This document shows positions 1 through 8,452 of a stretch of DNA of 61,330 bases, piece after piece. The notes under the pieces are model-generated. The model was not told where the DNA came from, did not search any database, and worked only from the letters and a program-made list of their open reading frames with translations. Origin of the DNA: an uncultured Actinomycetota bacterium. Lineage in GTDB: Bacteria > Actinomycetota > Nitriliruptoria > Nitriliruptorales > Nitriliruptoraceae. A program made the position numbers and the translations under genes. Within the stretch, counting starts at the first letter, position 1; every line of letters starts with the position of its first letter. The stretch is taken from NCBI GenBank assembly GCA_964433685.1, contig CAYSTY010000001.1, forward strand, positions 1-61,330, given 5' to 3'.

Positions 1-1
1 A

Positions 2-217
2 GGTCCGCGAGCCCTCGAGCACGTGGTACTCGGTGTTGGCGTGGTGGATGCCGGGGCCGCGCCCCCAGTCGGTGTGGAAGTCGACGCGGAGCGAGGACGA
101 ACCGTCCTCCTCGTCGACCGACAGCCGCCGTTCGCTCGCGCGGCCCTCGCCGCGGGGCAGCTCAGCGGCGTGCCAGACGTAGTCGTCCTCCTGGATCAGC
201 TCCACGTGTGGTCGCAT
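2..217 (-). CDS. Cupin/DUF4437-like protein, N-terminal part only (runs off the window edge)
   Basis: Not in the ORF track. ATG at 217 with GGAGGG RBS at 221-226; reads MRPHVELIQEDDYVWHAAELPRGEGRASERR...GPGIHHANTEYHVLEG (cupin-like H..E.VL.G). Operator at 283-319 upstream. Confidence 0.6.
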   Translation of the reverse strand, partial: MRPHVELIQEDDYVWHAAELPRGEGRASERRLSVDEEDGSSSLRVDFHTDWGRGPGIHHANTEYHVLEGSRT

Positions 218-282
218 CGACCCTCCACTCTCCGTCTGGCCCCGACACGCACCCGGGCTCGTCGCCGGTCGCGTCCGACGCT

Positions 283-319
283 GTTCCCACGAGGGGAACT
301 GCGTTCCGGTCAGGGGACG
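283..319. promoter_or_regulatory. Operator copy 1 (GTTCC-N7-GGAAC-N3-GTTCC), probable IclR site
   Basis: GTTCCcacgaggGGAACtgcGTTCCggtcaggGGACG upstream of the cupin gene; the same motif occurs in 8 other intergenic positions. Confidence 0.75.
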
Positions 320-361
320 CTACTCGTCCGCTCACCCGCCGGTCAAGACCCCGGACGGGAC

Positions 362-387
362 GGGGGCCGCCCTCTCGGGCGGCCCCC
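362..387 (-). terminator. GC-rich hairpin after the surface-protein operon
   Basis: GGGGGCCGCCC-tctc-GGGCGGCCCCC, perfect 11-bp stem about 20 nt after the stop at 409. Confidence 0.6.
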
Positions 388-408
388 ACCGGTCAGCTGC
401 CGTCGGCG

Positions 409-1845
409 TCAGGGTCGCCGACGTCGTCCCACCGGCACCTGCACGAGCTGGCCGTCACCGAGCACCAACGCGGCGCCACCGAACAGCAGCAGGCTGCTGG
501 CGATGAGGATCGCGTGGGCGGTGATCCCGCCCTCGGAACCGGTGCGCGGGAGGGTCCCGCCCCCGCCGCCAGCACCGGCGCCGCCGCCAGCTCCGCCACC
601 GGCGCCCGCACCGCCACCGGCGCCGTCGCTCCCGTCGGGCTCGTAGTCCACCGCGACCGCCTGGGTGGCGAACTCGAAGACCGCCGCGTCGTCGGTGGTG
701 CAGGTCGTGTCGAGCTCACCCATCGGACCGTTGTAGGCGAACACGAGCGACTCGAGGGTGAGCGTGGCATCCCCCGCCGTGTCGGCGGTGAAGCTGCCGG
801 TCATGGTCGCCCCGGGCACCGTCGCGCCGGGTGACAGCTCGCCGAAGGCCGGTCCTTCGAGCGCGACCTCACCGCTGAGGTTGCCACCGAGCGTCCACGT
901 CGCCTGCGGCAGCATGTCGCCGGCGGGGATGGTCACCGGGACGAGGTCGAGCCCCATCCCCTCCTCGAACTCGTGGGTCACCCGGACCGTGCCACCGAGG
1001 CCCGGGTTGGCCGGGTCGAGGGTGACGGTGTGGGTCGTGGTCCAGTGCGTCGGGGTCTGGAACTGCCCGGTCATGCACGTCATGTCGAGGGTGTAGGTCT
1101 CGGTGCGGGGCGCGGGCGGGTCCGCGGTCGGCTCACCCTCCGACGGGTCCGGATCGGGATCCGGGTCGGGATCGGGATCCGGGTCGGGGTCCGGGTCGGG
1201 ATCGGGGTCCGGGTCGGGATCGGGATCGGGATCCGGGTCGGGATCGGGGAGCGGATCGGGGTCGGGATCACCCTCACCCGCGGCGACGATCGGCCGCACG
1301 AGCTGCAGCGGTGACGACGGCGCGTCGCAGGTGGTGTCCATCTGTGAGTTGTCGAAGAAGAACTCGGTGACCGCGACGGTGACGTCGCCGGCGCTCGCGG
1401 TGTCGTCGGCGGGCTCGAACTCACCGGTCAGCGTGGCACCGGGCCCACGACTCCCGGGCGGGATCGGGTCGGTGTTCGACGGGCCGGTGAGCGTGATCGT
1501 CGCGTCGTAGACGCCGCTGAGCACCACCGTGGCCGACGGCGTGAAGTCGCCCGGTTGGATGGTGGCGGCGTCGCCGAGGAACACCGGCGCCCCGTTCAAC
1601 GGGCCCTCGCCGTAGGTGAGGCTGACGCGCAGCCGCCCGCCGACCTCCGGCGTCTCCGGTTCGACGGCGAGGTCGAACCCGGTCGTCCACGCTGCCGGGT
1701 CGAAGGTCGCGGTGACGCAGGACCAGGTGATCTCGGTGGACTGCGCTGCGGCGGGCGCGAGGGGCGCCAGGGCGCTGCTGAGCAGCACCAGCGCGCCGCC
1801 GAGCACCGCGGTGCGGGCGCGGCGACGTGGGTGGGCCAGGTTCAT
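409..1845 (-). CDS. Secreted LPxTG-anchored surface protein with two Cys-bracketed beta-sandwich repeats and a (DP)n linker
   Basis: Start MNLAHPRRR at 1845 (GGAGGTG RBS, ATGA overlap with upstream stop); signal peptide ending AAA-Q; two ~130-aa repeats; DP linker; Gly-rich spacer; LPRTG, hydrophobic helix and RRRR tail. Confidence 0.8.
   Translation of the reverse strand: MNLAHPRRRARTAVLGGALVLLSSALAPLAPAAAQSTEITWSCVTATFDPAAWTTGFDLAVEPETPEVGGRLRVSLTYGEGPLNGAPVFLGDAATIQPGDFTPSATVVLSGVYDATITLTGPSNTDPIPPGSRGPGATLTGEFEPADDTASAGDVTVAVTEFFFDNSQMDTTCDAPSSPLQLVRPIVAAGEGDPDPDPLPDPDPDPDPDPDPDPDPDPDPDPDPDPDPDPDPDPSEGEPTADPPAPRTETYTLDMTCMTGQFQTPTHWTTTHTVTLDPANPGLGGTVRVTHEFEEGMGLDLVPVTIPAGDMLPQATWTLGGNLSGEVALEGPAFGELSPGATVPGATMTGSFTADTAGDATLTLESLVFAYNGPMGELDTTCTTDDAAVFEFATQAVAVDYEPDGSDGAGGGAGAGGGAGGGAGAGGGGGTLPRTGSEGGITAHAILIASSLLLFGGAALVLGDGQLVQVPVGRRRRP
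1145..1269 (-). repeat. 6-bp tandem repeat encoding an Asp-Pro linker (~20 units)
   Basis: GGATCG/GGGTCC/GGGTCG hexamer array; translates to DPDPDP... on the minus strand. Confidence 0.9.
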
Positions 1846-2519
1846 CGGGTCACCTCCGAGGTGCGACGGGGCAGGAACAGCAGCGCGGCGAGGCCGAGCA
1901 TCAGCAGCGCGGTGCTCCACAGACCCGCGACCGGCAACTCGTCGCCGGGACCGGTCTGGGCGAGGTTGTCGTTGCCACCGGAGGTCGTGTTCGTGGTGGT
2001 CGACTCCTGCTCACCGTCGCTGTCGTCACCGTCGGCATCGGCTTCCGGTTCCGGGTCGGGGTCCGGTTCGGGATCGTTCGACGCGAAGTCGATGTTCACG
2101 ATGTGGGTGTTGGCGGCGACGACGTCGTCGTCCGCGGTGCCCGGCAGGATCTGGGCGCCGACGACGCACTGCTGTTGGGTGCAGTCGTACTCGTTGAACC
2201 GTTCCGCGATCGTCAACGTGACGCTGGGGATGTCCCCGTTGTCGTCAGCGTTGACGAACAGCGCCCCACCCGTGAGGTGGCAGTGCGCCGGACCGCTCAC
2301 CTCGGCGATGCACTGGCCGACCGCGATCTGGGTCATCCCCGGCGTGAACCCCGACCCGGTGACGGTCACCTGGTCCCCGTCGGTGAGCCCGGAGGTCTTG
2401 CTGGCGGAGATCCGAGCCTGTGCCTGCGCGGCGGACGCGCTGGCCAGGAGCAGCGTGAAGCTCAACAGCAGGGCGCCGAGCAACCGGATCAGGGGCGGGA
2501 CCCCGTAGCGAGTGGTCAT
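1842..2519 (-). CDS. Neocarzinostatin apoprotein-domain protein, sortase-anchored (LAQTG)
   Basis: Signal peptide; SKTSGLTDGDQVTVTGSGF..VGQC..C..DCTQQQCVVG matches the NCS-family pattern with 4 Cys; acidic linker; LAQTG, TM helix and RR. Start may be 2540. Confidence 0.8.
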   Translation of the reverse strand: MTTRYGVPPLIRLLGALLLSFTLLLASASAAQAQARISASKTSGLTDGDQVTVTGSGFTPGMTQIAVGQCIAEVSGPAHCHLTGGALFVNADDNGDIPSVTLTIAERFNEYDCTQQQCVVGAQILPGTADDDVVAANTHIVNIDFASNDPEPDPDPEPEADADGDDSDGEQESTTTNTTSGGNDNLAQTGPGDELPVAGLWSTALLMLGLAALLFLPRRTSEVTR

Positions 2520-2536
2520 GGGTGGAACCTCGTCTC

Positions 2537-5416
2537 TCATGGTGTCGTGGAGAGCGCGGCGGGTGCCGCTGGGTCCGACGTCCTGCCGTCGTCGTCCCCG
2601 GTCGTGGCGACCGCCCCGGAACGGGCGATCGCGGTCGTGTCGTCACCGAGGTAGGAGCGCACCACCGCGGGGTGGGCACACACCTCGTCGGGATCGCCGT
2701 CGGCGATGACCCGACCGAGCTCCATGGCGACCAGGCGGTCGGCCAGGCTCGTGATGAGCGGTAGGTCGTGCTCGATGACCACGAGCGTGGTCCCGAGCGA
2801 CGTGTTGACGCGACGCAGCAGCTCACCGAGGGCCGCGCTCTCGCCCTGGGCGATCCCGGCCGACGGCTCGTCGAGCAGCAGCAACCGCGGCTCGAGGGCC
2901 AGCAGGCAGGTCAGCTCCGCCACACGCCGCGTGCCGGTCGACAGCTCCCTGATCTGACGGTCCGCGAGCCCGGTCAGGCCCATGATCTCGAGCAACTCGT
3001 CGGCACGAGCGGCCTTGCGCCGGTCGTTGCGGCTCGCCCCCACCAGGGACGCCCACAGGTTCGTCGGGGAGTGCTGCTCGCCGGCGACCATGACCGTCTC
3101 GCGCAGCGTGGCGGTGCTGAACAGCCGTGCGTCCTGGAACGAACGCACCATCCCACGCCGGGCGCGTTGCTCCGGGCGCAGGTCGGAGACGTCCTGGCCC
3201 TCGAACACGACCGAACCGCGGTCGGCGGCCGTGAACCCGGCGAGGATCTCGAAGAAGGTCGTCTTGCCCGCGCCGTTCGGCCCGATGATGCCGAGGATCT
3301 CACCTTCGGCGACGTCGAGGTCGATGCTCTGGACCGCGCGGACGCCGCCGAACGAACGCTCGATCGCGCGGACCTGCAGCAGTGGGCTCCCGGGCGGGAG
3401 CGAGCGCTCCACGCGGTCGATGGCACCGCCGTGGCGCAGCTCACCCACCCCGGCGAGGGGACGAGCCGGTTCGGGCTCCTCCGCGCGGACGGCGGCGACG
3501 TCGATGCCCGCCCCTCGGGCGAGCCGGTCGACGACCCGGTCGCGGATCGTGACGGTCAGGCCGCTCAGCCCACCCGGCAGGAAGATCACCGCGAGCAACC
3601 AGGTGAGCGTCAGTGCGGCCTGCCCGATGATGTCGAGGGCGAGCAGGCCCGGGAGCCCCACGATCAGCAGCGCACCGAGCAACGGACCGAGCAGGAAGCC
3701 GAGCCCGCCGACCACCGCCAGCGCGACGACGTCGATGCTGGCCACCACGGGGAAGCTGTTGACGTTGAGCAACGAGGCGCTGTGGCCGATCACCACACCA
3801 CCGAGCCCGGCGATCGCACCGCTGACGGCGTACATCTGCAGCTTGCGACGCGTGACCCGGATGCCGAGCGCCTTCGCGGCATCCTCGTTGTCACGGATCG
3901 CGAACCACAGCCGGCCCACCCCGCCGCGCCGCACGTTCCACGCGACCCAGTAGCCGATCGCCAGGGCCAGCAGCGCGAACAGGTAGTAGTCCTTGGCGAG
4001 CACGAGGCCCACGTCGCCGACGACGGGCTTGGGCGGGGTGGTGCCGCTGCCGAGCATCCAGCTCTGGCGCAGCAGCCAGGCGCTCGAGGCGAGCGCGAAC
4101 GCGAGGGTGGTCACCGCCAGGGCCAACCCGCGCAGGCGCAGCGCCGGGATGCCGATGGCGATCGAGGCCAGTCCTGCACCGAGGCAGCCGACGATGACGC
4201 CGAGGGCGAAGTTGCCCGTCGCGGCGCTCACCCACACCGAGGTGGCGGCCCCGATGCCGGCGTAGCCGAACTGGCCGAGCGAGAGCTGACCACCCATGCC
4301 GGTGACCACGACGACCGACGCGCCGACCAGCGCGAACCCGACCACCGTGGTGAGCACCGACGCCTGGTCGTTGGTCACCACGTAGGCGAGGCCGACCGCG
4401 ACGACGGCACCGGCGGCGATGGAGGCGTAGGGCAGCGCGCGCACGGCCCGCAGCTGGCGGAACGCCGCGGGCACCGTCGGGGGCTGCAGGCGCAGCCAGC
4501 CGCCGTCCCCGGCGCCGCGGTGCGAGAGCTTCGGCTGGAGCAGCAGCGCGGCCAGGATGATCACCAGGAGGGTGATCTCCACCAGACCGGTGGTGCCGTG
4601 CGAGAGCAGCACCTGTTCGAGCACCCCGATGGCGATCGAGGCGCCGAAGGCGATGGGCAGCGAGGTCATCCGGCCGATGACGGCGCCGACGAGGCCACGC
4701 AGCAGCAGGTGGGGCCCGAGCGTCTCGACCGACGGGGCGCCCTGCGTCGGGGTCACGAGGATGGCCGAGAAGCCGGCGATGGCCCCGGCGATCGCCCAGC
4801 TCAACGTCGACATGCGGGGGGTGTTGACCCCCTCGAGGGAGGCACCGTCCGGGTCGTCGGCCGCGGCACGGATAGCCAGACCGTGACGCGACCGGGTCAG
4901 GAACGTCGCCAGCGCGACCAGCAGCACCGGCGCGAGGATCAGCATCGCGATGTACGGCGTGTCGATCGGGGTCCGACCGATCTGCATCGTCGGCAGACCC
5001 GGTGGGCGCGGGAAGGTGAACCCGCTCGCTCCCTCCGAGTTGATCACGAGACCCAGGATGAGGATGAACTCACCGAGCCCGAGCGTGGCGATCATGCCGA
5101 TGAACCGCGGCCGTCCGGCGAGACGACGCACGATCGCGGCCTCGGTCACCCCGCCCACGGCGGCCGCGATGGCGATCGCGATCACGAACGCGATCCAGTA
5201 CGGCACGCCGTGTTGGGCCACGAGGAGGCTCAGGACCGAGGCGCCGAAGACGCCGATGCCGCCCTGCGCGAAGTTGATGAACCGGCTCGAGCGGTAGACG
5301 AGCACGAGACCGACGGCCAGCAGCCCGTACACCATGCCGGTGAAGGTCCCGAGCACGAGCCGGTCGACCCCGATGTCGAAGCCCAGGACGACCACACCCA
5401 GCACGGACGGGGTCAT
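2537..5416 (-). CDS. Branched-chain amino acid (Liv-type) ABC transporter, fused LivH-LivM permeases plus LivG-type ATPase
   Basis: YGLLAVGLVLVYRSSRFINFAQG (LivH), GQLSLGQ and AIRDNEDAAKALGI (LivM), Walker A GPNGAGKTT, LLLDEP, C-terminal HPAVVRSYLG. Confidence 0.9.
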   Translation of the reverse strand: MTPSVLGVVVLGFDIGVDRLVLGTFTGMVYGLLAVGLVLVYRSSRFINFAQGGIGVFGASVLSLLVAQHGVPYWIAFVIAIAIAAAVGGVTEAAIVRRLAGRPRFIGMIATLGLGEFILILGLVINSEGASGFTFPRPPGLPTMQIGRTPIDTPYIAMLILAPVLLVALATFLTRSRHGLAIRAAADDPDGASLEGVNTPRMSTLSWAIAGAIAGFSAILVTPTQGAPSVETLGPHLLLRGLVGAVIGRMTSLPIAFGASIAIGVLEQVLLSHGTTGLVEITLLVIILAALLLQPKLSHRGAGDGGWLRLQPPTVPAAFRQLRAVRALPYASIAAGAVVAVGLAYVVTNDQASVLTTVVGFALVGASVVVVTGMGGQLSLGQFGYAGIGAATSVWVSAATGNFALGVIVGCLGAGLASIAIGIPALRLRGLALAVTTLAFALASSAWLLRQSWMLGSGTTPPKPVVGDVGLVLAKDYYLFALLALAIGYWVAWNVRRGGVGRLWFAIRDNEDAAKALGIRVTRRKLQMYAVSGAIAGLGGVVIGHSASLLNVNSFPVVASIDVVALAVVGGLGFLLGPLLGALLIVGLPGLLALDIIGQAALTLTWLLAVIFLPGGLSGLTVTIRDRVVDRLARGAGIDVAAVRAEEPEPARPLAGVGELRHGGAIDRVERSLPPGSPLLQVRAIERSFGGVRAVQSIDLDVAEGEILGIIGPNGAGKTTFFEILAGFTAADRGSVVFEGQDVSDLRPEQRARRGMVRSFQDARLFSTATLRETVMVAGEQHSPTNLWASLVGASRNDRRKAARADELLEIMGLTGLADRQIRELSTGTRRVAELTCLLALEPRLLLLDEPSAGIAQGESAALGELLRRVNTSLGTTLVVIEHDLPLITSLADRLVAMELGRVIADGDPDEVCAHPAVVRSYLGDDTTAIARSGAVATTGDDDGRTSDPAAPAALSTTP

Positions 5417-7044
5417 CGCGCCACCTCCAGGGTCTGGTCGCGCTCCTCGGCGAGGTCGACGTGGCCACCGAGCATCAGCGAGCGCACGAGCTCCGGCTCG
5501 TCGCGCAGGTCGGCGGCGCGGCGCTCGGCGGTGATCCGCCCCTTCTCCAGGAAGTAGGCCCGGTCGACCAGCGACAGCGCGATGTTGGCCGACTGTTCCA
5601 CGAGGACCACGGCCACACCGTGACGGTTGAGCTCGCGCACCAGCTCCAGCAGACCACCGACGACGACCGGCGCGAGACCGAGCGAGAACTCGTCGATGAG
5701 CAGCACCTCGGGGCGCTGGATCAGCGTCTTGGCCAGCGCCAGCATCTGGCGTTCACCGCCCGAGAGGGTCGATGCCGGCTGTTCGCGGCGCTCACGCAAC
5801 CGTGGGAAGACCGCGAGGGCGCCGTCCACGGCCCGGCGCAGGTCGTCCCCGGTGACCCCGCAGCGGTAACCGTGCATCCGCAGGTTCTCGTCGACCGTCA
5901 TCGACGGGAACGACGCCTGCCCGACCACGTGCGACAGGCCCATGGCGACGCGCCGCTGCGGGGCGTGACCGGTCACGTCCCGGCCGCGGAGCCGCACGCT
6001 GCCCGCGGTCGGGCGTTCCAGGCCGGACAGCACGCGGAGCAGGGTGGTCTTGCCGACGCCGTTGGGGCCGAGCAGCGCGACCATCTCGCCCGGCTCGATC
6101 CGCAGGTCGACGTCGAACAGGACCTGCATCGGACCGTACGCCGCGTCGATCCCCTCACAGGAGAGCACGGGGCCCTCCGCGCGGGCGTGGGTGAGGGTCG
6201 CTTCCTGCGAGCGGTCGATGGCGGCCTCGACGTCGTCGGCGACCACACGCGCCGGGCGGAGGGTGGACGCTGCCGCGAGCGCCAGCAGGAGCGCGCTGAC
6301 CGTCACCCCCCACGAGGTGCCGTAGCGCGAGGCCGCGATCCCGGCGATGGCGGTACCGGCGAGGGCACCGCTCGCGGCGCAGACCGTCGCGAGCATGCCG
6401 ACCGACCGGTCCGCCCACCCCGGTGTCACCGACCAGGTCAGACCGTCGAGCGCGTGGAGCCCCCACAGGCCGGCACCCGTGGCGATGACCGCCGCGACCA
6501 CCGCGAGCGGCAGCGGTCCGAACGGGACCAGGAGCGTGGCGAGCGCCGCGACGCCGAGCGCCATCGGTGCCTCGCGCGCAGCGCGATGCACGTCGCCGGC
6601 CGGGATGGTGGCGGGGTCCCCCCCGCGCCCGAAACGCCCACGCACGCGCAGCAGGACCTCACCGGCGACGAGCGCGCCCAGCCACACGAACGCGAGGACC
6701 ACCCGGGGGACGTCGTCGCCCGCGATGCGCGTCCCGACGGGTCCGACCACCGCGAGGATCGCCAGACCGCAGCCGCTGAAGCCGAGCAGCGCCGTCCGGA
6801 CGGTACGTGGCCCGGTCGTGAGGGTGATGACCCCGCGCCACCCGGGCGGCGAGCCGGGCTCGTCGAAGTCGCGGCCGTCCGAGGCGATGACGGCCACCAC
6901 GATCACGGCCGCCACCGCGACCGTCGCGAGCAACGCCACGGCCGGCGACAGCTCGCTGGTCGCGATCGTGCCGAGCACGACCAGCAGCACACCGGCACGC
7001 AGCACCCCGACCGCTCGGGTGGAGCGGGTCTCACCCGGACGCAT
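5413..7044 (-). CDS. LivF-type ABC ATP-binding protein with an N-terminal multi-TM (MFS-like) region
   Basis: Hydrophobic N-terminal ~270 aa; GPNGVGKTT, LSGGERQMLA, LLIDEFSLGLAP, LVEQ. Confidence 0.85.
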   Translation of the reverse strand: MRPGETRSTRAVGVLRAGVLLVVLGTIATSELSPAVALLATVAVAAVIVVAVIASDGRDFDEPGSPPGWRGVITLTTGPRTVRTALLGFSGCGLAILAVVGPVGTRIAGDDVPRVVLAFVWLGALVAGEVLLRVRGRFGRGGDPATIPAGDVHRAAREAPMALGVAALATLLVPFGPLPLAVVAAVIATGAGLWGLHALDGLTWSVTPGWADRSVGMLATVCAASGALAGTAIAGIAASRYGTSWGVTVSALLLALAAASTLRPARVVADDVEAAIDRSQEATLTHARAEGPVLSCEGIDAAYGPMQVLFDVDLRIEPGEMVALLGPNGVGKTTLLRVLSGLERPTAGSVRLRGRDVTGHAPQRRVAMGLSHVVGQASFPSMTVDENLRMHGYRCGVTGDDLRRAVDGALAVFPRLRERREQPASTLSGGERQMLALAKTLIQRPEVLLIDEFSLGLAPVVVGGLLELVRELNRHGVAVVLVEQSANIALSLVDRAYFLEKGRITAERRAADLRDEPELVRSLMLGGHVDLAEERDQTLEVAR

Positions 7045-8452
7045 CGCGGCCTCCTGCGTCGACGTAGCGGAAGCAGGTGCACGACGGGTCGAAGTTCATC
7101 GAGCGGTAGACCGCGTCGACGGCGGGACCGCCTTCGATGAGGGTGGCACCGTCGAGGGCCCCGGCCGGGCGGAACTCGTCGCCGAGCTGGCTCGCCGCCT
7201 CGGCCCAGACCTGCGCGTTCAGGGTCGGACCGAGGTCCTGGGCGGCCGCGTGGAGCAGGAAGATCGCGTCGCAGTAGACGAGTGCGAAGCGTGCGTGCTC
7301 GCGGGTCTCGAAGGTCTCGCCGGCATCGTTCATGAGCTCGAGGCAGCGCGCTTCGGCATCGTGCGCCGGCAGGGGCAGGGTGGACTCGGCCACATCCTGG
7401 GCGGCGTTGAACCCGACCCCGGTGATGCTCGGCAGCACCTCCGGCGGCACCGTGGTCGGGTTGTTCACGATGAAGCTCGGGTTGTCGAAGCTGCTGATCG
7501 CGTACTTGGCCGAGTACTGCTGGCCGGCGGCGGTCGTCAGGAAGAACGGTCCCATCCGTGCGCCGCCGAGGAAGGTGACGTGTCCGACGTCACGGCTGCG
7601 GAAGGTCACCACGGCGTCGAGCAGCCCCATGTTGAGCGTGCCCATGTCGGTCTCGTCGATCCAGACCGTCACCGGCTCGACCCCGAGCGCCTCGAGGCCG
7701 GGATCGACCGTGGACTCCACCACGCGACGGTTGACGGGGTTGTCGGCCACGACCACACCGAGACGTTCGGCGTCGTCGAGGAAGCCCTGCTCGTCGAGGT
7801 TCGCGAGCATCTGCTCGATGAAGGTGTCGTAGACCGGGTAGCTCGCCGACCACAGGTACGGCGCGAGCTCCTGGAAACGCACCGAGTCGTTCGACACCAG
7901 GGTCGCGTCGAGCATCAGCGTCTCACGCTGGGCGTAACAGGGACGCGCGTTGTCGAGGAACTGCCCGGTGAGCACCACCGCGAACGCTTCGTCGTCCTGG
8001 GTGACCTGGTTGCAGAACTGCTCGACGGTGGACGGTGAGTCGGCCATGGCCGGGTAGGGCCGCACGATGGCTTCGAGCTGCCGGCCGGCGATCCCGCCGT
8101 TGGCGTTGACCCAGTCCTCGAGCGCCTGCACCTGGACGGCGGGGTCACCCGGAGGTGCGGTCGCGAACCCGAGGCTGGAGGTCACCTCACCCATGTCGAC
8201 CGCGAGCACCACGACCTTCACGGTGTCGTCGGTGACGCCCGGTCCGTCCTCACCGTCGGCGGCCGTCGCGCTGGCCGGTGCGGTCGGGGTCCCCTCGCCT
8301 CCCGCCGCGGTGCCCCCACCGGACGGGGTACCCCCGCCGGGGAGCATCGCGGCGCAGCCGACGAGCGCGAGCGCGGTGAACGCCGCCACCACCGTCGAGC
8401 GGATGGTCAGCGACCGGTCGAGACCGCGGTCGTCCGAGCGTGGCACCTGCAT
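7031..8452 (-). CDS. Liv-type ABC substrate-binding lipoprotein
   Basis: Lipobox LVGC; PGVTDDTVKV and VNANGGIAGRQLE are typical of periplasmic binding protein type 1; lies in the ABC operon. Confidence 0.85.
   Translation of the reverse strand: MQVPRSDDRGLDRSLTIRSTVVAAFTALALVGCAAMLPGGGTPSGGGTAAGGEGTPTAPASATAADGEDGPGVTDDTVKVVVLAVDMGEVTSSLGFATAPPGDPAVQVQALEDWVNANGGIAGRQLEAIVRPYPAMADSPSTVEQFCNQVTQDDEAFAVVLTGQFLDNARPCYAQRETLMLDATLVSNDSVRFQELAPYLWSASYPVYDTFIEQMLANLDEQGFLDDAERLGVVVADNPVNRRVVESTVDPGLEALGVEPVTVWIDETDMGTLNMGLLDAVVTFRSRDVGHVTFLGGARMGPFFLTTAAGQQYSAKYAISSFDNPSFIVNNPTTVPPEVLPSITGVGFNAAQDVAESTLPLPAHDAEARCLELMNDAGETFETREHARFALVYCDAIFLLHAAAQDLGPTLNAQVWAEAASQLGDEFRPAGALDGATLIEGGPAVDAVYRSMNFDPSCTCFRYVDAGGRDASG

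Noticed and set aside
1103-1510. Poly-(Gly-Ser) ORF, and possible CRISPR-like repeat
   Set aside because: It is the antisense reading of the DP linker; hexamer units have no spacers and no cas genes are present.
2768-5557. 929-aa plus-strand ORF, and similar long antisense ORFs (10616-12616, 29311-31560, 53203-55239)
   Set aside because: Shadow ORFs antisense to motif-rich genes; expected in very GC-rich DNA and with no family motifs.
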